A DNA stretch of 64,000 bases from Paraspadella gotoi (Eukaryota > Animalia > Chaetognatha): NCBI GenBank assembly GCA_051294375.1, contig CM119265.1, positions 24,859,605 to 24,923,604 of the forward strand, written 5' to 3'. Positions 1-12,600 of this stretch are shown here, piece by piece. Every line of letters starts with the position of its first letter. Positions within the stretch are counted from its first letter, which is position 1. Position numbers and translations under genes: made by a program. The notes beneath the pieces are model-generated. The model was not told the DNA's origin and did no database searches. It worked only from the letters and a program-made list of their open reading frames with translations.

Positions 1-72
1 AATATATAACATGCATAAGAGTAATAAATATTTAAATCGTTATTTGATAACTTTGTTATGGACCCTTCCAAG

Positions 73-284
73 ATTTCTGTGTCCCTTGCCAAGCGAAATT
101 TTGCGTGAAAGACTTCAGCTTCGGTAGCTGCTACACGTGCGGCGACGAATCTCACCGACAAAAGGATTGTCCTCAGCCGAAGAGGCTCTTTTGCCAAAGG
201 TGTCGCAAGTTCGATCACTCGGACAAGGATTGTCCTTCGCCCAAACTCGGAAGGCTAAAGGCAGTTTTGACATTATCAAGATAA
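73..284 (+). CDS. Probable terminal exon of an upstream gene encoding two CCHC zinc knuckles
   Basis: Not in the ORF track. The frame ending at TAA 282-284 reads FCVPCQAKFCVKDFSFGS-CYTCGDESHRQKDC-PQPKRLF-CQRCRKFDHSDKDC-PSPKLGRL..., two CX2CX4HX4C motifs. Candidate acceptor CCTTCCAAG ends at 72. The rest of the gene would lie before the window. Confidence 0.7.
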
Positions 285-1068
285 ATATTATAAATATTAT
301 AAACGGATATACTATAGATACAAGCACATGCGTTTCAGACGTTCAGATAATATGAAGTGAGTTAAGAATAGGATTTGGATAAGTCAAGTCTTCTTCTTTT
401 GAGTCTTTTATCTTTTTTACGTTCTCAGTCTCTCACGCCTTCCGCCGAAGATCAGAAAAATTTCGAGGTTGGCACAGATTCGCTTAGCAGGTGAAACGCG
501 AGCATGAGACTTCGTTCGCGAGCAACTTGAGTCTTAATGTCTCAACTGCAAAAAGCCGAGAGTGAGAAAGAATTTGCCCGGATCTCTCTCGAGTGGTTCT
601 GACGGTTTCGTGTTGCGCGAATTGCAAGTGTCCGAACCTAATCGCTACCTAGGGAAGTTGAAACGGCCGTTGCTTTGCTACAGGTTATTACAAGTTATTT
701 CTTTGAAGTTTTTTGTTTTTTGCAATTAGTATTTGCGTTTTTGTAAAACCGTCTTCGTTGATTCAATTCAGATGTCAAAACTATGGCCACGAAGTGCGCG
801 ATTGTCCTTTCAAGTCTTGAAGAATTTGTATCGTTTCTCTAAGTGATTTTAGAATTATAAAATTCCCTTTTAAAAGTATTATTGATTTTCATCTTCCAGA
901 AACAACGAATTTGGAACATGAGTTGAAAAACCTGTTCTCTCCCCGTAAAAAAAAACTGAAGGGGAAGAAAAATTGTTTTTTATTGTAAAAGGTTTATTTC
1001 GAAAGTCGTTTCACGGAGGAGTAATTATCCGGTAGTAATATCTCAGCGTACTTGCAATCTCAACCACG

Positions 1069-2912
1069 ATGGATAATGTCAAGACGTTGGTGCAGTCCAA
1101 GAGCGGATTGAAAATCGTTTGCTCGAGGTGAGTTTCCTATTGGCGTCGCCTTTGGTTTCCTTTTCTAAGAAAAAATATCTTCTTTCTCATCGCAGCGATT
1201 CGCACAAGTCAGCCTTCGAGATGAGCGAACCCGCCTGGGCCTCAGACTCCGACTTTGATAAATGTCCCGCCTGTCAGAAGCAGTTTGCCTTCCTTCATCG
1301 AAAACATCACTGCCGAAGATGCGGTCAGGTCTTTTGCGGCGACTGCACTGCCGAGAAGGTAAGGACTCTCCTTTTGCGAGTTGGCCGTGCTGAGAACTTA
1401 TTACGTTTAATAACCAAACGGTTAACGATAGCCTTTTGTTTCGGATATTCCGAACTTATTTTTCTTTTCTATTTATATTCCCGCAAGGGTTATGATTATT
1501 TTAAATTATTTATGTTTTTATTTAATTCGCTTGCAGGTTCCCCTGACAAGAATGTGTTTCGTGGATCCGGTCCGAATGTGCAAGCCATGTGCATCACTGA
1601 GTCGCAGAGAGAACGGTTTCCTCTCGAAGAGTCTCTCGTCTTTGACTCTCGGTTGCACCTTGAATGTCTTCGTCGCAAAGATGGATCGAGACGATTTCAC
1701 GTTTCCTCCCTTTCCTGGTGGCACGGAAAAGGAAAGACCCGAGACGGAGGCCGACTTACCAAACGATGGTCAGTGAAAAAATTAATAATAATGCGAAATT
1801 GAGAACTACTGTAGTTAAAGAAGAAAGAAAAAAATAGAGGGGAGAACAAGTAAGAAAGGGGAAAAAAATTTTATCGGAAAAGGAAATAGAAAAAAAGTTT
1901 AAGTACATAACAAATGACCCACCGTGTCTCCGTTTGGATTTCCAAACTTTTCAATAAAACTTCCTCTTTTCGCGTACCACATCCCCTCCCCTTTTTTCCT
2001 TTCCCCCCCCCGCCTTCAGAAAACCCATCGGACTCACCCGCCGCCGACGAAGACTGGCGTACGCTTCATTGTTCCTTATGTCCTTCCCATCGGAATCTGT
2101 TGCTCCGATCACCGGGTCGGGAATTTTCCATAGTCGGCCCTTTCGATCTGACCCGCCTTTCGAGCTGCGTCATGGAACCCGAGCCATCAAGAGCCTCGTC
2201 GTCTTCGTCCGCCTCGAGCTTCGTCTGCAGCCCGAATTCGGTGGCGTCGCCTTCGTCGGTGGCGTCGCCTTCGTCGGTGGCGTCGCCTTCGTCGGTGGCG
2301 TCGCCTTCGTCGATTTCGTCCGCGTCGATGACACAGAGAACGGCTTCCGTTTCGGTAAGAATAGAAAGATAATGGATGGTTCCTCCTTAGAGAATGATTG
2401 GTTGTTTGATTGATAGATATGTAATTAAGTAAGGTCTGTGATTCGTCGGATTTTGATGATTCGTGAAGGAGACGAGCAATCACATCACTTGGCCAACCAA
2501 GTCAGTCTATTGGTCTATTCCGTTGATTGATTGATGATGGATTGGTATTAATTGATTACTGATTACTAGTCAATGATTAGTATCGATTGATATTGATATT
2601 CATCGTTTCCTTATCTTATACTCTCTCCCATTCATGTTTTGTTCAGTCGTCGGAGGTTTTGACTTACCCAATCGACACTTTGAGGTTGACGTTCAAGGAT
2701 TCTCAAGTAGGGTAAGTTCGACAACCTTGAAACAGAGAGGAGAATATAACCCTTAATTGAGGAACGCTATTTTGTGCTACTGTTTCAGGCCGTCCGGAGA
2801 TTACGTCAACAAAACAGTCGTTGTTCTTAGCCCCGCGGCTCGGACGCCCGAGACGGATCGTCACTGGATGATTCAACTTTGTAAATTGTCCACGATAATT
2901 TTATCGTCCTAA
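1069..2912 (+). CDS. ZFYVE21: Zinc finger FYVE domain-containing protein 21 (6 exons)
   Basis: GT-AG exons ~1069-1127, 1196-1358, 1537-1768, 2020-2354, 2647-2711, 2789-2912 join in frame. N-terminus KTLVQSKSGLKIV, FYVE motif RKHHCRRCG and VPLTRMCFVDPVRMC closely match ZFYVE21 (RKHHCRRCG...VPLRRMCFVDPVRQC). Confidence 0.92.
2238..2312 (+). repeat. 18-bp coding tandem repeat (SVASPS)x4 in ZFYVE21 exon 4
   Basis: TCGGTGGCGTCGCCTTCG repeated four times in frame. Confidence 0.9.
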
Positions 2913-3646
2913 AACCTCAGCGAAGATATTCCTCGAAGACAACTTATCTTGTTATTTTTTTTTTTGGAGTAATCTTGATTGGATAACCAGTTAATTGAAC
3001 ATAACCGTTAAAGTTAAAACAAAAAAATTACTTCTACGCACTGAGAATCAAAGTTGATACGTTAAGAGGTACGTCGTTGTATTCGTTTCGTTCCTTTCTC
3101 GTTCCTTTCTCGTAACTTTCTCGTTCCTTTCTCGTTCCTTTCCCGTTCCTTTCCCGTTCCTTTCTCGTTATGAATTGTGTATTTTTGAGGCAAATCTGTG
3201 ATTTTAATTATTTGGACTTTGGAGATGCGGTAGCACTTTTTACTATACGATTGGCCAGTCTGTTTGGCTTTTTCTTAACTACGTCAGTGTCCTTGCTTGT
3301 GATATGAATTTACTTAATTTGTGAGAAGATTATATTTTTTTGCTAATAGATATATATTTTATATTTTTGTATTTTTTTTCGTTTTATTTAAAATATTTGA
3401 GGTTGTGCGTGATTAATGAAATAGTTAGTGCTACTAGAGGTATAAAGACAACTTATAAAATATAACTGGAGACGAACGTCGATATCTGCGAGGCAAAAAA
3501 GAATCGGAGTTGTAGATGTTAGTCCGGACTTTACAGTATGGCCAACTTAATTGATTAAATATTTCCTTTCGACCTTCTATCGGGAAAAAAGTTTAAAACT
3601 TTTTTTTAAAAAATGATAATTATGTTTTTATAGCAAACTTCTATCC

Positions 3647-6600
3647 ATGGCCTTGAAAAAGTTGGAAAGGAAAGATGGCGGGGCCCTTTATTCCCCCTTA
3701 GTCGGGGCCGTTTTTATTTTTAATCTGATCGTCGGGACTGGAACTTTCGCGTTGCCACAAGCTTTCGCTTTGGGAGGCTGGTTGATAAGGTTCGTATTTA
3801 AAGTATTTAAAAGGTATGGGAAAGAAGAAGGGGATAAAAATGGTATGAAAAAAAATATAATACGGTGGACTACGATCCGTTAATCAGTGGCCATTGGTGC
3901 AGGAGGCAAGTCATTCGCTTCCCAACCCAATGGTCCGAGGTTCTACCCGCTGGCGGCCTAGGGGGACTAGGGGACTGATTAAGTTAAACGGTTTTGGTCA
4001 CTAAATCGCAACAATTATTTCTGTCTCTTCAATGTATAAATATTTGCCCAATGAAGAGTGAATTGATTTGACTTTTAAAATTAAAGCTTATTCGTGGTCG
4101 TCTTCGTCGCTTTCACGGCCTTCATGACCGCAACCTTCGAGATTGAGAGCATGGCCTGTGCCAACGCTTTGGATCGATGGCGGTTCAAACAGGTCAGATT
4201 GGTCAGGTCAGGTCAGGGTCCCATTCCGTCTGGTCCGATCTCCATTGAAACTTTTAAAGTCTGAATGCTTCGTTCGCGGATGGACGGTTTGATTTGATGA
4301 TTGAGGAGGTATTGCGCCGACCATGTAGCTGTTCTGATGATAATTTTACTACTAAGTATTACTATATACAAATATATGTTCAACAAACATCTTATCGCGT
4401 ATGTTCAGTAATCATTTATTGGTTAACGGAAATAACTATATATGACACGGACTATGCCCCCGTGCCTTTTAATGACATGAACAAATTTCTTTGTGGCCAA
4501 GATAGTAAGTAATTATACTTAAGTATAAGACACTTCCTGATACCTACAGCCGCGCTTGAATAAAATGACTCGGTATTTCAGGAAATGTGCCGCATTTAAT
4601 TTCTGGTCATAAGATCGCCAGTACTTGCGCGAAATTAAATAATTATTTGTTTTAATAGTGGTAAGTTCATACGCGATACGACATGAGCTAAGCGCCAGAT
4701 AATAAAAATGGATATAAAAACGAAATAATAATTAAGAATTAAAATCTAGAAAGAACTAGAGAAAAAGAGAGCAAAAGGGGAGGAGGAAGGACAAGTAGTA
4801 AGAGTCCCGAAGAACCGCTAATGGAAACGGATAAACCAGGTAAACATTTTAATCGTCGCAATCGCTTTGCGTTTGCGACGATCTCGTAACGCTTTTGCGC
4901 GATAAGTGGCGTAGTCGTCGTCGTTTGTTGTTGTTGTCGTCCCTCGCGAGTTCTAGGTCCTTGAAATTGGGTGAGGACAGTTATTAAGTTTTTTTACGTT
5001 TACAAAACAAACAAATTTCCTCTATTTTATTTTTATGTCTCCTTTTCTCTCTCTTTTCTCTTTTAATTATATGTAGCTCTCTCTCTCTTTTCCCAGTCGT
5101 TGATTCCTTGGGCTCTGCAGGGGCTTTCTTTCTTTTATTCTTTCTTTTCTCCTGCAACTTCTGCTGATTCTCCGCTGATTCGTCTGCTGATTCTCTCTGC
5201 GTTTTTTATTTAAAAAAAAAAAATTGAATTAGGATTGAACTCGTACAATTAGGCATCGCATTCGCTCATGTTATCATTTTGCTATCGTAACATCGGGTTT
5301 TTATTTCGTTCTTTCTTCTTGTCACTCTCTCTTTATTTTGTTATCTTTCTTCCTTCCTATTCTTTATCCTTTCTTTTCTTTATTTCCTTTTTATTCTTTC
5401 TTTCCTTTCTATTTTTTCTTTGTTTTCTATTTTTTCTTTGTTTTCTATTATTTCTTTCCTTTCTATTTTTTCTTTCCTTTCTATTCTTTCTTTCCTTTCT
5501 ATTCTTTCTTTCCTTTCTATTCTTTCTTTCCTTTCTATTCTTTTTTTCTTTTCCTTTCTGTTTATAAATTAATTTTCTTTTCTCAAATTTGATTTTTTTT
5601 TAGTATCAAAATTTGTCGTCAATCCAGATTTTTCTTATGCGATTGCGACGATCCTTATGCTTTTAAAAAACCGATGAGGAGGAAGGGGTTCGCCTCTTGC
5701 TTCGTCTTCATCCCCTGTATTATTTTTCGAGAATACTTATTTCTGGGAAAACGATAAAAACAATGACACATACCTTAGAGAAAGTTCTGGTTGTGACATT
5801 TTTTCTATATTTCTCATATTATTCAAGATGTATTAATTAATCAAATAATTAATCAGTTAATTAATCAATTAGTCAATCTATCAATTAATTATTAAATCAA
5901 GTCAATCAATTGTTATCGGCGTTGTTGTCGCCATCATCGTTGTCTTTGCTTTTGTCATGGTCAGTGACGAAAAGTTCTAGTTCTAGTTCTAGTTCTAGGG
6001 GTGAACCAAGGCGATGCCCGACTACATATTAATTAATTTGTTAGTGATGCGCCAGTGAAAAACGACTACGAGATAAGTTCCAAGATGGACTTGGCGACGA
6101 TGGCATCAATGTTTTTCACTAAACCCGGAGTCGTTTTCTTTTACATTGGCCTCCTCTTATATTTATACGGAGATATGGGTAGGTTTTTTGGATGCGGTGA
6201 CTTGAATATTCAATTATATGTATGTATGTATATGTATATTTTAATTATTATCAATGCCATTTAAGTAAATAGCCATCGGATCATCGACACGGGCTGGTTT
6301 TCCCGATGGCGTGAAGCCCGTCTTGTGATTGGTCGATTCCGTTGGTGATTCGTCCAATGAGAAGGTGGAATCCGGCTTCCGGCCGATTCTACCCCCGAGT
6401 CGCGGATCCGATTCGTATTTTTGGTTCCAATTCCATCTGCAATGATGTTATGTTTTAGAAATCGTAAGAAAATAAAGGCTTAAAGTTAAACAATGGTTCG
6501 GAGCTACTTAATTTCAATTTTGAATTTACTTTGGTACCGATTGACTGTTTGATTATGTTTAGGCAGCTAATTTTATTTGTAATCGTTGATGATCAATCGC

Positions 6601-9600
6601 TTTTCTTTCCTTTATTTTTCAGCCATATACGGTTGTACCGTTTCAAAGTCATTAAGAACAGCAGTTTGTAATTACAATCCTTATAACAATTCGGCAAAAG
6701 ACAAACGGGTAATATAGTTAATGAATCAGTTGATTAAAATAATTGAATATTTTTTTCCCACAAGAAAAACGTTATGCTGCTACAATCGAGTTAAATAATA
6801 GAGAATGCTTTTTCAGATTTATTTCATAGACTATTCTCAAAACCTTACTACATGGGAGGTCCAGCTCTTGGGATTAATTTTAAAAAATCGTTTGGACGGG
6901 TAAATATAACAATAAATGAATAATGATTAGGGATGGAGTTTGAAAATTGGCAACAAATTTTTTTTTCATAATGAAACAAAATATAACATAATTATGTTAA
7001 CGCTGATGAAGGCTTGCACCTAGAGCAAAAAATAAAAAATAAATTGTTGTTGCCAATTTTCAAACTCTATCCCTAATCTACAACACAACAAAAAGAAAGG
7101 AATATTAGGCCACAATAATGATCTAAAAATTAGTATTCGTTTAAAAAATTGTTCAGAGAATATAATCTTTTATCATAATTAACCTTGGACAACCATGACC
7201 TTCTTAAAGTGTCTATGGAAGGTGGCGTATGCTTTTGTGACCGCGCCAATTGGAAATGCTGCCATTCCTGCCGATTTTCCCGCTGTCAGAAAGTCGATAA
7301 TTCTGAAGGGGATGCGTGAGACATCCTGCTTCTCTATTCTGCATTTTCTTTTTCATTAAGCAGTCAGAAAAACTGGGCAGTCAAAAGTCAGGAGTCATCA
7401 TCCTTCATCTTGATTTTCGCTAAAATTTCACAAAATTTGGAAGGATACGGCGTGAAACAATATGACATGTTATACAAAAAGCATAATTTATAGTAGTTGC
7501 TGTTAAATTTTCCATAGGTTTGTGATATCGATCGAAAGAAAAATTAGCCTAGTTTTCAAAAACAGACTTTTTTTTCCTTCTATCATAAACCGTTTTTGTG
7601 CTATAAGCAGCTGAAGTTAGTCCCGTTAGAGCTGGACCTGTATACCGCTTACTATACCTTTCTATACCGCTCGCAGCGCACAGTCTGAGAAATTTCTACT
7701 ATGCAATTATATTAGTTTTTTTTTATTTATTTTTATTAGTACTAATATTAATATTAATATTAGTTTATACCTCAAATTAAGTTTATAATAACCTGTTTAT
7801 CTTTTCACAGTCCCTGGAAGAATGGCTTCCCTGTTTTAACGGGCACAAGCATGGTTTGACTCGTTTTCATATGTATCAAATATTTTTGGCTTGCTTCATT
7901 GCAATCATGCTCCCTTTCGCTTTTTTCAACCTTCAAAAAACGACTTGGCTTCAAATCATAACCTCAGTTTTGAGGTGAATTGTATTGTATTGTATTGTAT
8001 TGGATGGGATGGGGTAAAATGTAAAAATGTAAAGTAAAATTTTACCAAAATTTATTTGCAAAGTAAAAAATATTTTATTTAGATATAATAATGATTATTA
8101 TTTAAAATCAGACATGTTTCGGTTCTTGATGGAAAAAAAATTTTGACATTTGTCAAAAGTCAAAACTTTTTTTGCGCTGATTAAGGTTCGTATCAAGAAC
8201 CGAAACTTGTCCGATTTTAAATAATATTAATAATCGTTGTTATACCTCAATAAAATCTCTTTTACTTTGCAAACAAATTTCATACCGCAACAAAACGAAA
8301 GGATACATATATATATATATATATATATACTACAGTCAAAAAAAAAAAGATATATGCGAATAAAAAAATAACCGACCGGTTCGGTTCCTGTCGGTGAAAG
8401 TAAAAGTATGCCTTTCATCCATGTTATATCCAATTATCCATGTCAGGGTCAAGATAGCTTATTTATTAAGTGAATGGATAATTTTTATATTGATTGTACC
8501 AATCAATCAAACTAATCACTTTCTGTTTCTGTTTTATTCGTTGGAGAATAAGTCATTCTCGATCTGAACTTCGTCTCTTTAATAACTGCCACACAATTTC
8601 ATATAACGGGGAAAGGGATTCAATTTTTTTAGAAAATTTTTTTAGTCTTAACCTCCGAACAGGTGGATCGGATTTATCATTATGATAACGCTTGCATCTA
8701 TTCGTCTTTACACAGGTTTTTAACTATTCAGATTGACTGTTAGTACTTATAGTTTTTAGCCTCAGAAATAATAGCAGCTCGTATAAGAAAAAAAAGGCGA
8801 GATTGGAGAAATAAAATATCGACTTCCTAATGTAAAAATTGATACCCTGGAAAGCGACTTTCTAACCAAATGAACCTCGTTATAAAAATGTGCAGATGTG
8901 GACGCAACAAGTTTCAGAGTAAGAATGATTTATTCTTCAACAACGTTATAAACAATAACAGTCAAAATGCTCAGATGCTAAGTCTATTACAATGGTATTT
9001 ACAAAAGGTCAACGTTTGACCATAAAGATCAACCGTTTTGACCATAAATAAGTTGGGGGAATTGAGCGAGGTAAGGTTGGTAAGGTCATGTGGTTTGACC
9101 AAGGTTGCGTGTTCTAGATGTTCGTCCACACAGAAATATTTAACGCCCAATTTAGGTCCCGTTGCTAAACCTCCGCCACCGTTGATAGACGTCTTTGAAA
9201 TGCCTCATTTAATTGATGTGATTGTGTACGCTTTCATGTGCCATCATGCTATTCCCGGTATGGTAACGCCTATAAGAAATAAGGTATCTTATGGAAAACA
9301 TTTTAGCTCGTAATCTATCTACTAATTCATGGATTAAAATCTTTCTTCGCTTCATAGGATAAATTAAATGTAATTTTGATTGTGGATTTTTCGATCATTT
9401 TGCTCTTTTATTGTTTAATGTCTTTTACCGGAGCCTTTGCATTCTCAGGTATTTTCCTGCGATTTGATTTCGAACCACGAATTCTAATTATAGTATTTGT
9501 TTATTCTTTTCCCTTTTGTTCAGAATTGCACGATCTGTACACCATAAATTTCGCGCCCAACGATCCCGATGCGGCGCAGGTGCCTTACGCGTGGTTGTGG

Positions 9601-12600
9601 CTCTTATATTTCATAGCCCTTTTTCCGGTATTTACGATAAGGTAACCTTAAATTTTAAGAAACGGTCAGGATAGGAGGTGTCTGTGTAATTAATTATTTT
9701 CGAACTATCCGAAAATATAATTTCGTTAAAGTAATAACTTTTGTTAAAGAAAAATAATAATTAATATAGTATAGTATAGTACAATATATTTTTAGATACT
9801 AACAATTATATTTTATTATCTAGTATCTACTTTTAGCTTATTTGTGAAAGTTTTAAGGGACGAGAGAGGTTAGTGTTGTCGTCTGGAAATAGAGGGTTTG
9901 AGGCGGATCTTAAATTCGCCTCCCGTATAGCTTGGTGAAACTCAGATCATCCCATTGGCTTTTACAGCTAAGTACTCGTTAACCAACCGTGAGTTCGGGG
10001 TTCGATCCCCTCACTGTCTCGCTGTTTAAAGTGAGATGGTTTTGGCATAAACACTCCAGTGACATCGGGTGGTCACTGCAGGTCTAAAGCTAGGGACTAA
10101 CTCCAGAGATAATATAAAATTTCGACTATTAGCATAGTATTTTTAGTTGTCTTGACTAAATATTTAAACAATCATTTTCAAAAAAAATTTATATTATACG
10201 TCTTGATTAATACATTAAATATTACTTGTCTTTTTTAACATTATAAATTTTTTTTTTTGAAATCTTACAATTTTTTGATGGATTCTGATAGAGCATTAAA
10301 AGTTAAATAAGAAATATAATTACAGCTTTTAAAAATTCTTACGTTTTTTATGTGAAAATATAAAAAAACTGATAAAATCATCGAAAGATGATGATGATGA
10401 TGATTTTTTACGGTTTTTCTTATTTTTGACTCACTTATCATGAAAATATTTAAAAAAGAATTATACTTTGTGTAGACAACTTTTTATGAGCTATCTGAAT
10501 CTGGTCTTAAAATTTAAAAATTATTAAAAAAATTTTGGCCTATTTATAAATAAATATTAAAAAATTAATTATTTGGGTATAGAGCCACATAAGAAATGTT
10601 TTGTCCATTGAAAGTATACTTAAAAATGTATAAATTTTCGTTTGAGCATATAATCATTCTAAATTTTTGATTCACTCCATTGAGTGGGGCTACCCCTACT
10701 AAAGCCCTGTGCGCCAGCTTTCGGTAAGTGCCTCACACCCCGGGCATCACACAAATACCTCCCGTTGCCACAGGTTCCTTTATACAACACAAGCTTAATA
10801 CACTTCCTGTCGATCCTTCCAACTAGATATTATGTATCATTCTTATTCTTGAAAATCACAATATCTAAAAAGCTAAACTTAAGAAAAAGGGTCATTCAAT
10901 TCAACTTCAAAATAGGCCAAAATGGAGTACAAATTCAGAAGGCTGAGCTCCTGCCGATTCCGAAAATGTATTCACTTTAAACATTTGATGCATTCTACGC
11001 CATTTTATATCGGTTTTAATTATAATATAAAATAAAAGAAACCTATCTGAAGAGTTGAAGGTCAAACGAAAAAGTCAATCCATCTGATATTTTTTATGAA
11101 TTTTTTATTAGTGAATTCAGAAAAATGTAATAGAGAGACATTTTTAAATTTTGCAACTTGTATCATTGAAAATGAAACATTTTTAAACTTTAACCCAGAA
11201 TTCTTCATAACTGGACAACGCGTTTTTATCAAGAAGTTTCTGCTCTATTACATTTTTGCAAATGTTTTAAGTATTGCTAATCAAATTTTTAAATCAATAT
11301 TATTGCAGTCGTTTAGCGCTGCAACTCTTCAAATTCAGTATAGATTTCACTGTAGCTCAAATTTCTTTACCATCATATTTAACTGAAGATTTTGTTCATG
11401 ACTGGAAAAACCAACAGAGTAACAAGATTAATTGTTTAATTCGCCCTCTATTACCTCGTTTTTAATGCCTTAGGTGTTTTAACTTCTTACCTATGAATTT
11501 TTTACAATCAGATTTGTAAAAACTAATCTTTAAAAAATGTGGCTTACCCATTTAACTTAACAATTTTTGTTATTTACTGATTTAAAAAAAATGATTGAAA
11601 ACAGAATGTTTACATATAAAATAAAACTTATTTTTTTTTGTGATTACTGATGACTATAATGTATTTCTCGATGAATTAGCTCTAATACATCAAAGATTAC
11701 GCATTGTTATGCTGAATGACCTTTCCTCTTAAAGGGGTTGAAACTGGAAAGTATATTACTTTTATATTCCCGGTCTGTATAGGTGACTGTGGCCTTCTAG
11801 GAGAAGTTAGGAAGTAATAGGTTTAAAATCTAATATGTTGCTATCAATATCATGCCCGTTATGACTGGGCGCATCTTTGTACCATTATAATGCGGTTCAT
11901 GATTTGATACATTTTTTTCCATTATCACGCACGCAACTATCCTATCCTTACAATTACCTTACGCGATAATCTCAAAACATTATTTCTTTGCGAGGTAAAT
12001 GTATAAATCCATACACGTACCTAAGCTGGATTAATTCTGAATTCTTGGTTTATTACATGCCAAATTTTTTAGCTATTTATAAATTTTGAGTTAAGGTCAT
12101 TGAGCGACCCGTCGACCCGAGCAAACCAACGAAAAGTTCTAAAGAGCCCAGCGCCAAGAGCCAAAAAAAAAACCTGTATGTTTAATGGAATTCTACTTTA
12201 TTGATTGATTGTTTGGTAAAATTTTACTTTGCCGACGGGGTTTTGGCATCTTTTGAAAAACCACTTCAAATATTTATTTAAAAAAATTATTTTAAAATTA
12301 TTTCCTTACAGTGGAGGTGTTGGACATAAACTCTCGTCATGATCCGTCGTTCTTATTCGCCTTGTTGTAATGCTGTTTAAAAATATAAACAATCGATATT
12401 TGTCTACAAACATACAGTTCATTGTTATTTCATTGCGTTTGATTAATCAGATTCTATTCATACAGATCGCATAATGATAGTTGGCATCGTCGGGTTTATC
12501 CATAAGGTTTATTTATAGGTGTTGTTTAGTAGAGTTTATATGGTTTATACTTTTCATTATGATTAGTGGCTAGGCCGAGCTTACCTGAGAGATCATTGTT

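Noticed and set aside
2187-2483. Arg-rich protamine-like ORF on the minus strand
   Set aside because: Antisense shadow of the SVASPS repeat in ZFYVE21.
5268-5592. Phe/Leu-rich ORFs resembling membrane proteins
   Set aside because: Translations of an 18-bp pyrimidine tandem repeat inside a transposon.
7180-7470. Coding-like minus-strand fragment (QDVSRIPFRIIDFLTAGK...)
   Set aside because: Short, bounded by stops and with no recognisable family; cannot be assigned.
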